Shown: positions 38,971 through 49,453, counted from the stretch's first letter. The stretch is 64,000 nucleotides of DNA from Spirochaetia bacterium (GCA_965203905.1 CBDBDQ010000005.1:4256001-4320000), one strand, 5' to 3'. Made by a program: numbers and translations. Notes: generated by a model not told the origin, from the sequence alone.

Positions 38971-40779
38971 TCAGGACGTCAGGAGTTCTTCGAGTTGGCT
39001 GACCAGGCTGCCGAACACGTGCAGCGCCTGCTGAATCGGCTCCGGGCTGCTCATGTCCACGCCGGCGAGCTGCAGCGACTCCAACGGGTAGCGTGAGCCG
39101 CCCGACTGCAGGAACGCCATGTAGCGGTCGCGGGCCTCGGGGCCTCCGTCCAGCACCCGTTCCGCCAGGGCCACCGCCGCGGCCAGGCCGGTGGCGTACT
39201 TGTAGACGTAGAAGGCGCTGTAGAAGTGGGGGATGCGCAGGCCTTCCAGGTCGCTCACCTTCTCCAGCTTCATCTCCGGCCCGAAGTACCGCTCCAGCAA
39301 CTCCCGGTAGGTGGTGCGCAGTGAGTCCACGGTCAGCGGCTCGCCTCGCTCCGCCATGCCGTGGGTGAGGTGCTCGAACTCGGCGAACATGGTCTGGCGA
39401 TAGATGGTGGCGATGATGTCGTCCACCTGCTTGCCGACCAGGTAGGCGCGCATCTCGCGGCTCTCGGCGCGCTGCATCAGGTAGCGGCACAGGAGCTGCT
39501 CGTTGAAGGTCGAAGCGACCTCCGCCTCGAAGATGCTGTAGCTGTAGTGCTGGATCGGATTGTGGCGCACGCTGTTCCACGAGTGCATCGAATGGCCGGC
39601 TTCGTGGGCCAGGGTGAACACGTCGCGCAGCACGTCTTCCTTGTAGTTCATGAGAATGTAGGGGTCGCCGACGAACGACCCCGAGGAGAACGCTCCGGAA
39701 CGCTTGCCCCTGTTCTCGTAGCGGTCCACCCAGCCACCGCGCAGACCGGCACGCAGGGTGGTGCAGTAGTCGGCGCCGAGCGGCTCCAGGGCGGCGATCA
39801 CCACGGCGACCGCTTCGTCGTAGCTGTGGCGCACGCGCACGTCGCCGGTCAGCGGCACGTATACGTCGTAGTGGCGCAGCTCCGCGACGCCGAGGGTGCG
39901 CCGGCGCAGGGCGTAGTAGGCGTGGAGCTGCTCCAGGTTGGCGTGTATGGTCGCGATCAGGTTGTCGTACACCTCCGGCGCGACCCGGTCGGGAAACAGC
40001 GCCGCCTCCCGCGCCGACGGATAGTTGCGTACCCGCGCACGGTACAGGTCGAGCTGCACGCTGCCGCCGTAGAGGGCGGCGAGCGTGTTCCTGTGCTGCT
40101 CGAAGTGGCCGTAGAACTGGCCGTAGGCGCGGCGTCGCACCTCGCGGTCGGGGTGGATCATGAACTGCGACCAGGACGACTGGCTGAGCGGCTGCGGACC
40201 TTCCGGGGTATCGACGGTGCCGAAGTCGAGATCGACGTCGGTGAGGGCGGCGAACGCCTTGCGCGCGGTCTGGTTGGCCTCGATCTGCAGCGCCAGCAGC
40301 CGTTCCTGCGCCTCCGGGAGCACGTGCGGCTTGAAGCGCAGCAGCTTGCGTAGCGCGATCCCGAACTCGGCCAGCGAGGCGTCGGCGAGGAACTGTTCCA
40401 TCACCGCGTCGGGAATCGCCTGGATCTCGGGTGTGAGGTAGCTCTTCTCCGCCTCGGCGCGGCTGGCGACGTTGAGGTAGCGCGCGAAGCGGCCCTGGTT
40501 GTCGCTGTCGCCGGCGTCCTCGCTGGTGCGCAGGTGGGCGTAGTACCCGACCCGTTCGTCGAGCATCTCCAGCTCGTTGAGGAACTCCAGGCACTCCCGC
40601 AGCCTCGCGGCCGACTCGCCGAGGGTACCCTTGAAGGCGCCGATGCGTGGAATCATCTCCTCGTACTGCCTCAGACCCTGCTCCCAGGCATCCTCGGCCG
40701 GGTACAGTTTCGACAGGTCCCAACGGTCTGCAGCCGGAACCCGGTCCCGTTCCGGTATGGTGCTGGTCGGTGTGTCCAT
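38971..40779 (-). CDS. pepF: Oligoendopeptidase F
   Basis: WDLSKLY, GKRSGAFS, HEAGHSMH, AEVAS, RIPHFY..FYVYKYATG. Confidence 0.95.
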   Translation of the reverse strand: MDTPTSTIPERDRVPAADRWDLSKLYPAEDAWEQGLRQYEEMIPRIGAFKGTLGESAARLRECLEFLNELEMLDERVGYYAHLRTSEDAGDSDNQGRFARYLNVASRAEAEKSYLTPEIQAIPDAVMEQFLADASLAEFGIALRKLLRFKPHVLPEAQERLLALQIEANQTARKAFAALTDVDLDFGTVDTPEGPQPLSQSSWSQFMIHPDREVRRRAYGQFYGHFEQHRNTLAALYGGSVQLDLYRARVRNYPSAREAALFPDRVAPEVYDNLIATIHANLEQLHAYYALRRRTLGVAELRHYDVYVPLTGDVRVRHSYDEAVAVVIAALEPLGADYCTTLRAGLRGGWVDRYENRGKRSGAFSSGSFVGDPYILMNYKEDVLRDVFTLAHEAGHSMHSWNSVRHNPIQHYSYSIFEAEVASTFNEQLLCRYLMQRAESREMRAYLVGKQVDDIIATIYRQTMFAEFEHLTHGMAERGEPLTVDSLRTTYRELLERYFGPEMKLEKVSDLEGLRIPHFYSAFYVYKYATGLAAAVALAERVLDGGPEARDRYMAFLQSGGSRYPLESLQLAGVDMSSPEPIQQALHVFGSLVSQLEELLTS

Positions 40780-40787
40780 GGTGGGGC

Positions 40788-41837
40788 TCAGCCGAGCGCG
40801 ACCCAGGAGTCGGCGTCTGAGGCGGCGTAGACGGCCTCGAACAGCGCCACGGTGCGGCGCCCCTCGCTGCCGTCGCACTGCAGTTCGGTGCCGTTGCGCA
40901 GCGCGCTCACCACGTCCTCGAAGATGTTGGCCGGCAGGTCCGCCGGTTCCGGGTACGCACCCAGGTCGCCGGGCACCGCCTCGGGGGTGGCAGCGGCGCG
41001 GAACACGTCGCCGCCGCTGCGCGAAGCCGGCGCCACGTGGTCGAAACGGGTCACCTCGCCGTCGGACCAGCTCAGGGTCCCCCAGCTGCCGTTCACGCTC
41101 AGCTCCGAGCCGGCGTTGGGAAAGCAGCAGGTGGTGGTAAGCACCGAGCCCACCGTGCCGCCGCGGAACTGCACCACGGCGGCGGTGCCATCCTCGGTCT
41201 GGATGTCGTGGCCGTAGGTGCCGCGCCGGCCGGCCACCCGCTCGGGCTCTCCCACCCACCACAGCAACAGGTCCAGGAAGTGCACCGCCTGGTTGGCCAG
41301 CGAGCCGCCCTCGGTGTCGAGCCGGCTGCGCCAGCGTTGCGGGAACCCGGCGTCGTAGTAGGACTGCGCCCGGTACCACTTCATGCGCAGGTCGGCGAGC
41401 AGCAGGCGGCCGATGGCGCCCTCGGCGAGGGCGCGCCGGATGCGGTGGTTGAGCGGAATGTAGCGCTGCTCGAAATCCACCGCCAGCAGCAGCCCGCGCG
41501 CCTGCGCCTCGTGGATCGCCGCGTCGCACGACGCGGTGGTGATGTCCATCGGCTTGGTCATGCACACGTGCTTGCCGGCGCGCAACGCCTGCAGCGCCAT
41601 TCCGGCGTGGGAGCCGCTTGGCGTCCACAGGCCGACCACGTCCACGTCGTCGCGCGCCAGCAGCTCGTCGTAGCTGGCAATCCACGGCACGCCCCAGGCG
41701 CGCTCCGCCTCCCGGCCCCGCTCCTCCGACAGGTCGCACACCGCCGCCAGCTCCGCCCCCGGCGTCTGCCGGCAGATCTCCGAGCGTCCCTTGCCCATGC
41801 CCAGTCCTACGACTGCAAACCGAATCGCTTGCGCCAT
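40788..41837 (-). CDS. Gfo/Idh/MocA family oxidoreductase
   Basis: VVGLGMG, GKHV..KP, GGSL.NQAVH..D. Confidence 0.9.
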   Translation of the reverse strand: MAQAIRFAVVGLGMGKGRSEICRQTPGAELAAVCDLSEERGREAERAWGVPWIASYDELLARDDVDVVGLWTPSGSHAGMALQALRAGKHVCMTKPMDITTASCDAAIHEAQARGLLLAVDFEQRYIPLNHRIRRALAEGAIGRLLLADLRMKWYRAQSYYDAGFPQRWRSRLDTEGGSLANQAVHFLDLLLWWVGEPERVAGRRGTYGHDIQTEDGTAAVVQFRGGTVGSVLTTTCCFPNAGSELSVNGSWGTLSWSDGEVTRFDHVAPASRSGGDVFRAAATPEAVPGDLGAYPEPADLPANIFEDVVSALRNGTELQCDGSEGRRTVALFEAVYAASDADSWVALG

Positions 41838-41847
41838 GTTCTCTCCT

Positions 41848-43050
41848 TTAATTGCCGGCCGTGACGACCGGTGGTACCGCCCAGTCCAGGAATCTCTCGC
41901 CGACCCGCGCCGCGGCCGCCGCGCCGGCGTGCCACAACACCCGGTAACGGAACGTGGCCCGCTCGCCCGCGGCCAGCGTCCAGTCGCCGCACTGCCGGTA
42001 GCCGCTGCCGTAGTCGGCCAGGCCGAACGGGTTGGCCGAGAACAGCCCGTAGCCGCGTACGTGCCAGTGGGTGGGGTAGTGCGGGTTGCGTGGGTGGTCG
42101 AAGATCGCCACCCCCACGGTGCATGGCGCACCGGTCGGGTCGGTCAGGTCGCCGGAGTAGTCCACCCAGGGCGCGCGCTGCCCCCAGTTCTCGGCTTCGT
42201 GGATCGCGCCGTAGGCGTTGCTGATGACACCGCCGCGGGTGCCCTTGATCGCCTCGGGCACGCGCAGGGAGCAGAGCCCGCCCTCCTTGGTGTCGCCGAA
42301 CGTCACCGCCCCGTGCGCGGCGTGGAACCCGAGGGTCAGGTCCATCAGGCGTGCCGTGGGGGGCGTGTTCCAGAAGGTAAGGGTGCGGCGTTCTTCCAGC
42401 AGCGCCGTGCCGGCGGCGTCACCCGTGCGCCAGCTCACCCGCTGCACGATGCGCCCGAACGCCGGCCCGCTCTCCACTGCCTCGAAACCGCCGTGCACCT
42501 GGCAGCCGTGGCCATCGGCCTCGCTCCAGAAGTCGATCCCGTTCACTAGGCCGTGCGCCACCCAGAACGAGCGGTGGTGCACGTGGTCGGTCTCCTCGCC
42601 CGCCACACCCTCCTGCAGCGGCCACGCGCGCGTCATGGGAATACCGTACGGGCCGATGACGGGATGCAGGTACGAGCGCACGGGGTGGGTGTAGTGATAC
42701 TCGCACCAGGGCGCGCCCTCGACGGTTACCTCCAGGTGCGCCCCCCGGTCGATGATCCGCACACCTTTCCCGGCGTACTGCGCGCCAGCACGTAGCTCCA
42801 TGCGCTCTACTACGTCCGGTCCCAGATAGGGCAGCACGCACCACCGCACGTCGTCGCCCCGTTGCATTGGCAACACGTGCTCTTCGCCACCTATCCGCAG
42901 GGCCGCTCCGCCCTCTGCCGCCGCCGACGGTGTCCATGCAGCCGCTACCGCCGGCACCGCGTCCGCCCGCGGGTCAACCCCGGCGTCCGGTACGGCCACG
43001 GGACAGTACACCCGCACATGCGGACCCGCTCGAATCTCCAGCGTGCTCAC
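41848..43050 (-). CDS. PmoA/DUF6807-family carbohydrate-associated protein
   Basis: YLHPV, DHVHHRS.W, FGDTKEGG, HPRN...THWHVR.YG. Confidence 0.75.
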   Translation of the reverse strand: MSTLEIRAGPHVRVYCPVAVPDAGVDPRADAVPAVAAAWTPSAAAEGGAALRIGGEEHVLPMQRGDDVRWCVLPYLGPDVVERMELRAGAQYAGKGVRIIDRGAHLEVTVEGAPWCEYHYTHPVRSYLHPVIGPYGIPMTRAWPLQEGVAGEETDHVHHRSFWVAHGLVNGIDFWSEADGHGCQVHGGFEAVESGPAFGRIVQRVSWRTGDAAGTALLEERRTLTFWNTPPTARLMDLTLGFHAAHGAVTFGDTKEGGLCSLRVPEAIKGTRGGVISNAYGAIHEAENWGQRAPWVDYSGDLTDPTGAPCTVGVAIFDHPRNPHYPTHWHVRGYGLFSANPFGLADYGSGYRQCGDWTLAAGERATFRYRVLWHAGAAAAARVGERFLDWAVPPVVTAGN

Positions 43051-43141
43051 GGCTCCGCCATGGTAGCCCGATCGTCGCCACGGCAACAAACTATGCCCGC
43101 TGCTGACGCTGCTGATAGGATGGTGACGGAGCAGGAGTACG

Positions 43142-43516
43142 ATGAGCGCGTTCAGGGTAAACGTCGTCGCGGTGAATCCGAAGAACGAAGAGATCGTCAC
43201 CGAACCGATCAGCGCGTTGGTCGACACGGGGTCCGAGTTGACCTGGCTGCCGGCCGGCGACCTGTCCGCCATCGGCATCACACCACGGCGCAAGCGAACC
43301 TTCGTCACCGCTACCGGGGACCGTCTGCAGCGTGAGGTCGGGTACGCCATCGTGCGCGCCGAAGGATACGAGACTACCGACGAAGTGGTGTTCGGAGACA
43401 GAGGCGACCAGGTGTTGCTGGGCGTCCGCACTCTGGAAGGCTTCGCCGTTACGGTCGACCCTATCGGCCACCGACTCGTAGCCCAGGCTACGCTCGCATG
43501 CGTTGCCGCCCCGTAG
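43142..43516 (+). CDS. Small clan AA aspartic protease (paralogue of 1665-2051)
   Basis: LVDTGS, LLGVRTLEGF; AGGAG RBS. Confidence 0.85.
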   Translation: MSAFRVNVVAVNPKNEEIVTEPISALVDTGSELTWLPAGDLSAIGITPRRKRTFVTATGDRLQREVGYAIVRAEGYETTDEVVFGDRGDQVLLGVRTLEGFAVTVDPIGHRLVAQATLACVAAP

Positions 43517-43569
43517 CCGGGTGCGTCCGGCGTTGGCAGTCATCGCGCATCCGGTGGTAGGGTCTGGGC

Positions 43570-45189
43570 ATGTCCGAGACCAACAAATGGGACGACTACT
43601 TCGTTCGGGTTCGACGGTACCTTCAAGTCGGAGACATCGAGTCGGAGGAACTGGACTACAAGCGTGCTGCGGCACAAGAGCTCGCGCGCTATCGCGAGGA
43701 GTTGCTCTCCCGGCCGGGGCCAATCTCGATAAAACGGGGTGGGAACATCAAGCGCTTATTCAGCGCCGCATACCGGCGTTTCGACGGTGTTCGGGAGTGG
43801 CTGGAGACTGACGAAGGGGCTGATGCACTACGCGATCTCTGGGCCGCCGAAGACCAATTGGCGGGAAAAACTCTGCGTTTGACAGTGCTGATTGCACGGT
43901 TCCGCGCGTTCGCGCAACGGTTGCCTCAAGATCCATGGTTGAGAGGCCTTGGTTCGCGGGCGCATCCGATCTCGGTGTTGCTGATGGCGCTGGACGCCGA
44001 ACAGTATCCGGTGTTCATGACGAGGGCATTCAAGAGTGCGTACACATGCACGGGATTCGAGGAGCCTGGCCGAGATGTCGACGAAGCCGCGCTGTACGAA
44101 CACGCGATTGGTTTCCTCGACCGGTTCATCGCGGAAGCGAAGGAGCGCGGTCTCGATACACCAAGCACGCGACTTCAGGCGCAGTCCCTGGTACATGCGC
44201 TGGAAAAAGGTCGGGATTCTCCGGATTCTCCTCCGCCCGAGAGAGACGAAGACCGGAACGATGGTGAAATGCCCCATCCGCAACGGGTGTACTTTCTGCC
44301 GGAGCTCGCGGATCGGCTGCTGCTGCCGCGCGAGTTCCTTACCAATATCGAGACGCTGCTCGCCGACAAGCGTCAGGTGATCTTTCAGGGACCGCCCGGC
44401 ACTGGCAAGACGTACGTAGCGCGGGAGTTGGCGGACTGCCTTGCCGGCGCCAAAGAGCGGGTACGGCTGGTTCAGTTTCATCCTTCCTACGCCTACGAGG
44501 ACTTCGTCCAGGGGTTCCGCCCTTCACTTGGAAGCGGCCAGCCCGGCTTCCAACTGCGGAACGGACCGCTGGTCGAGGTGGCGAAGCAGGCAAGAGCGAA
44601 CCTGGACCAGAAGCACTTCCTCGTGATCGACGAGATCAACCGCGGCAATCTGGCCAAGGTGTTTGGCGAACTCTACTTTCTCCTGGAGTACCGCGAAGCC
44701 GAGTTGCGCCTGCTGTACTCCGACGAGCCGTTCGCCCTGCCCAGAAACCTGTTCATCATCGGCACGATGAACACCGCGGACCGCTCTATCGCGCTGGTGG
44801 ACCTGGCCCTGCGGCGCCGGTTCCACTTCGTGGAGTTTCACCCCGACAGGCCACCGGTACGGGATCTGCTCAGTCGTTGGCTGGAACGACGCGCATCCGA
44901 CATGACCTGGGTTGCCGCGGTCGTGGAGCGGGCGAACGAGAAGCTGGACGACCGGCAGGCGGCCATCGGGCCCAGCTACTTCATGAAGCGGGATCTCGAC
45001 GATGACATGGTGCGATTGATCTGGGAGCACAACGTGCTTCCCTACGTCGAGGAGCATCTCTACGGAGAGCCCCAACGCTTGGCCGAGTTCGGTCTTGATC
45101 GCCTCCGGAGCGAGGTCGATGGCGACGGCGCGGAGTCGGACGATCTGGGCGTGGACGACGGCGACGCCCCGAGCGATGCGGACGATTGA
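43570..45189 (+). CDS. mcrB: McrB-family AAA+ GTPase
   Basis: GPPGTGKT, QFHPSYAYEDF, IDEINRGN, MNTADRS, ALRRRF. Confidence 0.92.
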   Translation: MSETNKWDDYFVRVRRYLQVGDIESEELDYKRAAAQELARYREELLSRPGPISIKRGGNIKRLFSAAYRRFDGVREWLETDEGADALRDLWAAEDQLAGKTLRLTVLIARFRAFAQRLPQDPWLRGLGSRAHPISVLLMALDAEQYPVFMTRAFKSAYTCTGFEEPGRDVDEAALYEHAIGFLDRFIAEAKERGLDTPSTRLQAQSLVHALEKGRDSPDSPPPERDEDRNDGEMPHPQRVYFLPELADRLLLPREFLTNIETLLADKRQVIFQGPPGTGKTYVARELADCLAGAKERVRLVQFHPSYAYEDFVQGFRPSLGSGQPGFQLRNGPLVEVAKQARANLDQKHFLVIDEINRGNLAKVFGELYFLLEYREAELRLLYSDEPFALPRNLFIIGTMNTADRSIALVDLALRRRFHFVEFHPDRPPVRDLLSRWLERRASDMTWVAAVVERANEKLDDRQAAIGPSYFMKRDLDDDMVRLIWEHNVLPYVEEHLYGEPQRLAEFGLDRLRSEVDGDGAESDDLGVDDGDAPSDADD

Positions 45190-46402
45190 CCTGCAAGAGT
45201 ACGCCTGCAGTGCGGCCATGCCACTTGCCGTTGCCGAGCGCGATGAATTGAGCCGGATCGTACCGTCGCTTACCATGGAGCCGGCTCCTGGCGAAGAGGG
45301 CGCGTATCGTCTGACGCCGGGCTCCCACATCGGAGCGTTCGAGGGCGGAGGGCTTTCGGTCTCGATCCGTCCCAAGCTGGCCATTACGCGGGTGATATTC
45401 CTCGCCTCCTACGCGATGGGCGCCTTCCAACTGCGGGACATGGGTCGTTTCGATTTCGCGGAAGCGCGGACTCTGGTCGAAGCCCTGGCCCTGGCGCTTG
45501 CCAGTGCTGCGCGGCGGGCGTTTGCGGGAGGGCTGGTGCACGGTTATCGGCTCGAAGAGGAGGCAGCGCACACAGTCCGTGGCCGAATCCGCATGGATGA
45601 GCAGATCCGCCGGAGGTTCGGCGTGGCGCTTCCCATCGAGGTGCGTTTCGACGAATTCACTGACGACGTCACGGCCAACCGCCTGGTGAAAGCGGCCGCG
45701 ATACGGCTCGGCAGGATGCGGCTACGCTCGAGGCGCTCGCGCGAAGGTCTCCACTGGATCGCCGCCAGACTGGAGAACGTCTCGCCGGTCGAGTTCCCGG
45801 CCAATGCAGTGCCCGAGGTCATGTTCGACCGGTTGAACGAGCACTACCGGGAAGTCGTGGCTTTCGCACGTCTCATCCTGCGGCATAGCTCCTTCGAGGC
45901 TGGCCGCGGCCGTATACGTGCACAGGGTTTTCTGATCGACATGAATCAGGTATTCCAGGAATTCGTCACCAGGGCAATCCGTGAAGTGCTGGGCATCTCG
46001 GAGCGCGCGTTCCGATCCGACCGCGACGTCCACGGCGTATACCTCTCCGAGGACCGAGGTATCCCTCTCAAGCCCGATCTCTCATGGTGGGAGGCCGGAA
46101 CCTGTACCTTTGTCGGCGACGCAAAGTACAAGCGTGCCGTCGACGGCAATGTCCCCAACGCCGATCTCTATCAACTCCTCGCGTACGCCACCGCGCTCGA
46201 CCTGCCCGGCGGGTTGCTCATCTACGCCCAAGGGGAGGCGGAGCGGGCCGAATACCGGGTGCGGCACGCCGGCAAACGACTGCTGGTCGCTGCGCTCGAT
46301 CTGTCCGGCAGCCATGACGAACTGCTCGCGTGCATCCGCGAGCTGGCCGATCTGGTGCACGCACTGCGTCGTGAAGCCGGCCGGACCCGACGCGTCGCCT
46401 GA
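45176..46402 (+). CDS. mcrC: McrC-family PD-(D/E)XK nuclease subunit
   Basis: VRGRI, DMNQVFQEFV, LKPD, DAKYK, ADLYQLLAY. Confidence 0.9.
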   Translation: MRTIDLQEYACSAAMPLAVAERDELSRIVPSLTMEPAPGEEGAYRLTPGSHIGAFEGGGLSVSIRPKLAITRVIFLASYAMGAFQLRDMGRFDFAEARTLVEALALALASAARRAFAGGLVHGYRLEEEAAHTVRGRIRMDEQIRRRFGVALPIEVRFDEFTDDVTANRLVKAAAIRLGRMRLRSRRSREGLHWIAARLENVSPVEFPANAVPEVMFDRLNEHYREVVAFARLILRHSSFEAGRGRIRAQGFLIDMNQVFQEFVTRAIREVLGISERAFRSDRDVHGVYLSEDRGIPLKPDLSWWEAGTCTFVGDAKYKRAVDGNVPNADLYQLLAYATALDLPGGLLIYAQGEAERAEYRVRHAGKRLLVAALDLSGSHDELLACIRELADLVHALRREAGRTRRVA

Positions 46403-46482
46403 GTGGAGCACTTGGCGGTTGCGGCGAACCGTGCATCTCCCTGACCGAGAACTTGACGGTTCTCGAGGCTGCCGTGCGACCG

Positions 46483-47730
46483 TCAGAGGGCGAGCGCGGC
46501 GGCTTGCTCGGCGTGCTCGAAAGCACCTTCCATGCGCCGGATTTCGGCTTCCGCCGCGCCCCGCTGCCGCGCCGCTTGGCGCCACGTGCGAGTCACCCGC
46601 GCCACGTCGCGGATCAGCATATCTGCGTCGGCCAGCTTGAGAGAGAACTCCTCGGCGACCGATCGCAACAGGTCGATCGAACAGGTGCCGTCGTCGAAGT
46701 CGATGTTGGTGGCGAGGATGCGCGCCTTGAGGTCAGGCGGAGTGGGGTTGATGTCGTACGCGGGAGACAGGGTCCAGCCGCTTGAGTCGAATCGTAAGAA
46801 GGCGTGATTGCGCAGATGGTCGTCAGTATTCGATACGAGGACGAAAAACGCGATTCGCTTGAACAATTCGATACGGTCGGCAGCGGCGCGCGCTCCGTGG
46901 GTCGTCAGCGCGTCCACGATCTCCAGATAGCTCCCACGCTCTCCGTCGCGATGTTCGGTCATGGACAGGGCCGATATGAAGGGGATCCGCTGCCCACCGC
47001 GACGGTCGAAGCGACGGGAAACGAAGATCGGTCGCCCGCGATCCTCGCGGATGTCGTGCGCAGCGGATTGAATGCCGACCGCTTCCGCCAGGTCGAGCGC
47101 TATTGCCTCCCAGCGTTCCAGCGAGTACTCATCGGACTCCTTGGGGAACTTGGCAATCAGGAGCTCTCCGCGTTGATCGATTACCGATGCCTTTGGCCGT
47201 GCTCCGCCCAGCGACGATCCGGGGGCGAAGATCGCAAGCAGATCCTCGTCGGTTTCCGCACCCTGCAGGACGCGCTCTGCGGCGCCGCGCAGCCGGCCCA
47301 GAGCGACCAGCCCCGGGATGGCGGTCTCGCGCGGTGCCTGGAACAGGTGGTCGCCGCGATAACGAAAACGGAGCGCGCCAAGCCGGGCCTCGTCGGATAC
47401 GCCGAGAAGAAAGTCCGTCTCCTGAAGCGTGCGGACCGACCGGCCTTCACGCTCGGCTTCGCGACGTTCCCGCCGGCGCATCAGGGTGCGTCCCCATGAA
47501 TCGGGCGCGGAGTCGGCAACCGCCGCGAAGACCGCGTGCCCAGCCGCGGGTCGGAACGTACCTGGCCCGACAGGGAAGGTGGGGTCGATCGCATGGCCCC
47601 GCTCCGAGGAGATCCACGCCTCGGCGTAGGCGAAAGTGACTCGCTCTCCGCCTCGCGCGGCACGTCGGCGCATGGTTCCGACCGGGTGGGGCTTCCCCTG
47701 CCAATCCAGAAACACCTCGATTTCGCTCAT
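46483..47730 (-). CDS. hipA: HipA-family kinase toxin
   Basis: DSAPDSWG, SLGGARPK, RRFDR, NTDDHLRN, PAYD. Confidence 0.93.
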   Translation of the reverse strand: MSEIEVFLDWQGKPHPVGTMRRRAARGGERVTFAYAEAWISSERGHAIDPTFPVGPGTFRPAAGHAVFAAVADSAPDSWGRTLMRRRERREAEREGRSVRTLQETDFLLGVSDEARLGALRFRYRGDHLFQAPRETAIPGLVALGRLRGAAERVLQGAETDEDLLAIFAPGSSLGGARPKASVIDQRGELLIAKFPKESDEYSLERWEAIALDLAEAVGIQSAAHDIREDRGRPIFVSRRFDRRGGQRIPFISALSMTEHRDGERGSYLEIVDALTTHGARAAADRIELFKRIAFFVLVSNTDDHLRNHAFLRFDSSGWTLSPAYDINPTPPDLKARILATNIDFDDGTCSIDLLRSVAEEFSLKLADADMLIRDVARVTRTWRQAARQRGAAEAEIRRMEGAFEHAEQAAALAL

Positions 47731-48053
47731 GATCGCGACGCGGAGCGAGGGAGGTGAGCCCTCTTGGGTAGCTCGTCCCTGGCCAGGTCCAGCCCCAGCG
47801 TGTCGCGCGTCGGGTCGGCGGCATCGGCGAGGTGGTCCAGCAGATTCAGCGCCTGCAGCACGGCGGCCACGATGCCGATGCTGACCGCGTGATCGCCCTG
47901 TTCGATGCGTGCGACGGTGGGGCGCGAGGTAGCGGCCCGCTGCGCCACAAGCGCCATCGGAAGCCGGCGCCGCAACCGGGCATCGCGAATGTCGGCGCCC
48001 AGCTTGCGCAGCGCTCGCCGCGCCGCCGGAGGAGGACGGTGGGGAGTCGGCAT
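47727..48053 (-). CDS. HipB-like XRE HTH antitoxin
   Basis: LG.DIR.AR.RR, SRPTVARIEQG; ATGA overlap with hipA. Confidence 0.88.
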   Translation of the reverse strand: MPTPHRPPPAARRALRKLGADIRDARLRRRLPMALVAQRAATSRPTVARIEQGDHAVSIGIVAAVLQALNLLDHLADAADPTRDTLGLDLARDELPKRAHLPRSASRS

Positions 48054-48057
48054 AGGA

Positions 48058-48100
48058 TATCTTCCTATTTCCTAAAATATGATTTGGTAACAGGAAGATA
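48058..48100. promoter_or_regulatory. Inverted repeat, probable HipB operator
   Basis: TATCTTCCT-N25-AGGAAGATA in an AT-rich patch just upstream of the antitoxin. Confidence 0.6.
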
Positions 48101-48352
48101 ACGTAATATCAAAGTTGGAACAAGTTGGCCGGAGCCCCTTCTGCTGGTACCAAGGCAGTCCGGCTACCCACCGCCTCACTCCGTCCTCCGCCGGCGGCCA
48201 GCCCGAGGCGGCAACCAAACAAACGCCCGCCCCAATCGGCGCCCAGCGAGGGAGGATGCCTCCAACAGTGATCCGTGGTACCGCCCGGGTGACGCCGGCA
48301 ATGGCGGCTGCTATCATCGGTACACGATGAAGCAGCTTGAGCGAGGACGGCC

Positions 48353-49453
48353 ATGACCAGTTACCAGGTGATCGAGTGGGGCGAGCCCCTGGAGTCGCGC
48401 ACCTATCCGACGCCGGATCCGCAGGGCACCGAGGTGCTGCTGCAGGTGGAGCTGTGCGGCGTGTGCCACAGCGACCTGCACATCCACGAGGGGTTCTTCG
48501 ACATGGGCGGCGGGCGCAAGCGGGTGCTCGCCGACCTGGGGGTGCAACTGCCGCTCACCCTGGGCCACGAGCCGGTAGGGACGGTGGTCGCGGTGGGGCC
48601 GGAGGTCGACGACCCGGAGGCGGCCGGCGTGCCGATCGGTGCGCCGCGGGTGGTGTGGCCGTGGGTCGGCTGCCGGCAGTGCGCGGCGTGCCTGCGGGAG
48701 GAGGACATCCTGTGCGAGCGCGGCCGCTACCTCGGCGCGCGTGTCGACGGCGGCTTCTCCGACTACCTGGTGGTGCCGCACCCCCGCTACCTGCAGCCCT
48801 ACGACGGCATCACCGCTGAGGCGGCCGCGACGTATGCCTGCGCCGGGATCACCGGATACGCCGCGGTGAAGCGCGCACTGACCACCTATCCGGAGAGCGC
48901 CGGGACGCTGGGGCGGATCGGGACCGGCGACACCCTGCTGCTGGTGGGTGCAGGCGGGGTCGGCTTGAGTGCGCTGCGCGCGGCCCGCGCCATGACCGAC
49001 GCCCGCATAGTGGTGGCCGACATCAGCGCCGAGAAACGCGCGCTGGCGGAGGCCAACGGGGCCGACGCTTCCATCGACAGCGCCGATCCCGACGCCGGGC
49101 GCCAGCTCAAGCAGCGGAGCGGGGCCGGGGTGGCCGCCTCGGTCGACTTCGTTGGCAGGCCCGAGACGTCGCAAATGGCGATCGACTCGCTGCGGCGTGG
49201 CGGCACCCACGTCATCGTCGGGTTGTTCGGCGGTGCGCTCACGGTTTCGGTGCCCGACTACATCTACAAGCTGCTGGCCGTCCGCGGTTCTCACCTCGGT
49301 ACGCCCGAGGATCTTGCCGAGTTGATCGAGTTGCGCCGGGAAGAGCGCATCGAGCCGCCGCCCATCGCCCGCCGCCCGCTGGCGGAGGTGAACGAGGTGT
49401 TCGCCGAGTTGCGCGCCGGCCGTATTGACGGCCGGGTCGTGGTGGTGCCGTAG
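48353..49453 (+). CDS. Zn-dependent alcohol dehydrogenase
   Basis: CHSDLH, GHE, structural-zinc cysteines, GAGGVG. Confidence 0.93.
   Translation: MTSYQVIEWGEPLESRTYPTPDPQGTEVLLQVELCGVCHSDLHIHEGFFDMGGGRKRVLADLGVQLPLTLGHEPVGTVVAVGPEVDDPEAAGVPIGAPRVVWPWVGCRQCAACLREEDILCERGRYLGARVDGGFSDYLVVPHPRYLQPYDGITAEAAATYACAGITGYAAVKRALTTYPESAGTLGRIGTGDTLLLVGAGGVGLSALRAARAMTDARIVVADISAEKRALAEANGADASIDSADPDAGRQLKQRSGAGVAASVDFVGRPETSQMAIDSLRRGGTHVIVGLFGGALTVSVPDYIYKLLAVRGSHLGTPEDLAELIELRREERIEPPPIARRPLAEVNEVFAELRAGRIDGRVVVVP

Noticed and set aside
38971-41739. 922-aa ORF as a PepF fusion
   Set aside because: The N-terminal part is an alternative frame of the upstream oxidoreductase; PepF starts at 40779. 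The same applies to the extensions of ORFs 7606, 18894, 35651 and 41848.
41848-43050. 'PmoA' as methane monooxygenase
   Set aside because: The family name is misleading; this is a soluble protein in a sugar-catabolic context with no pmoBC.
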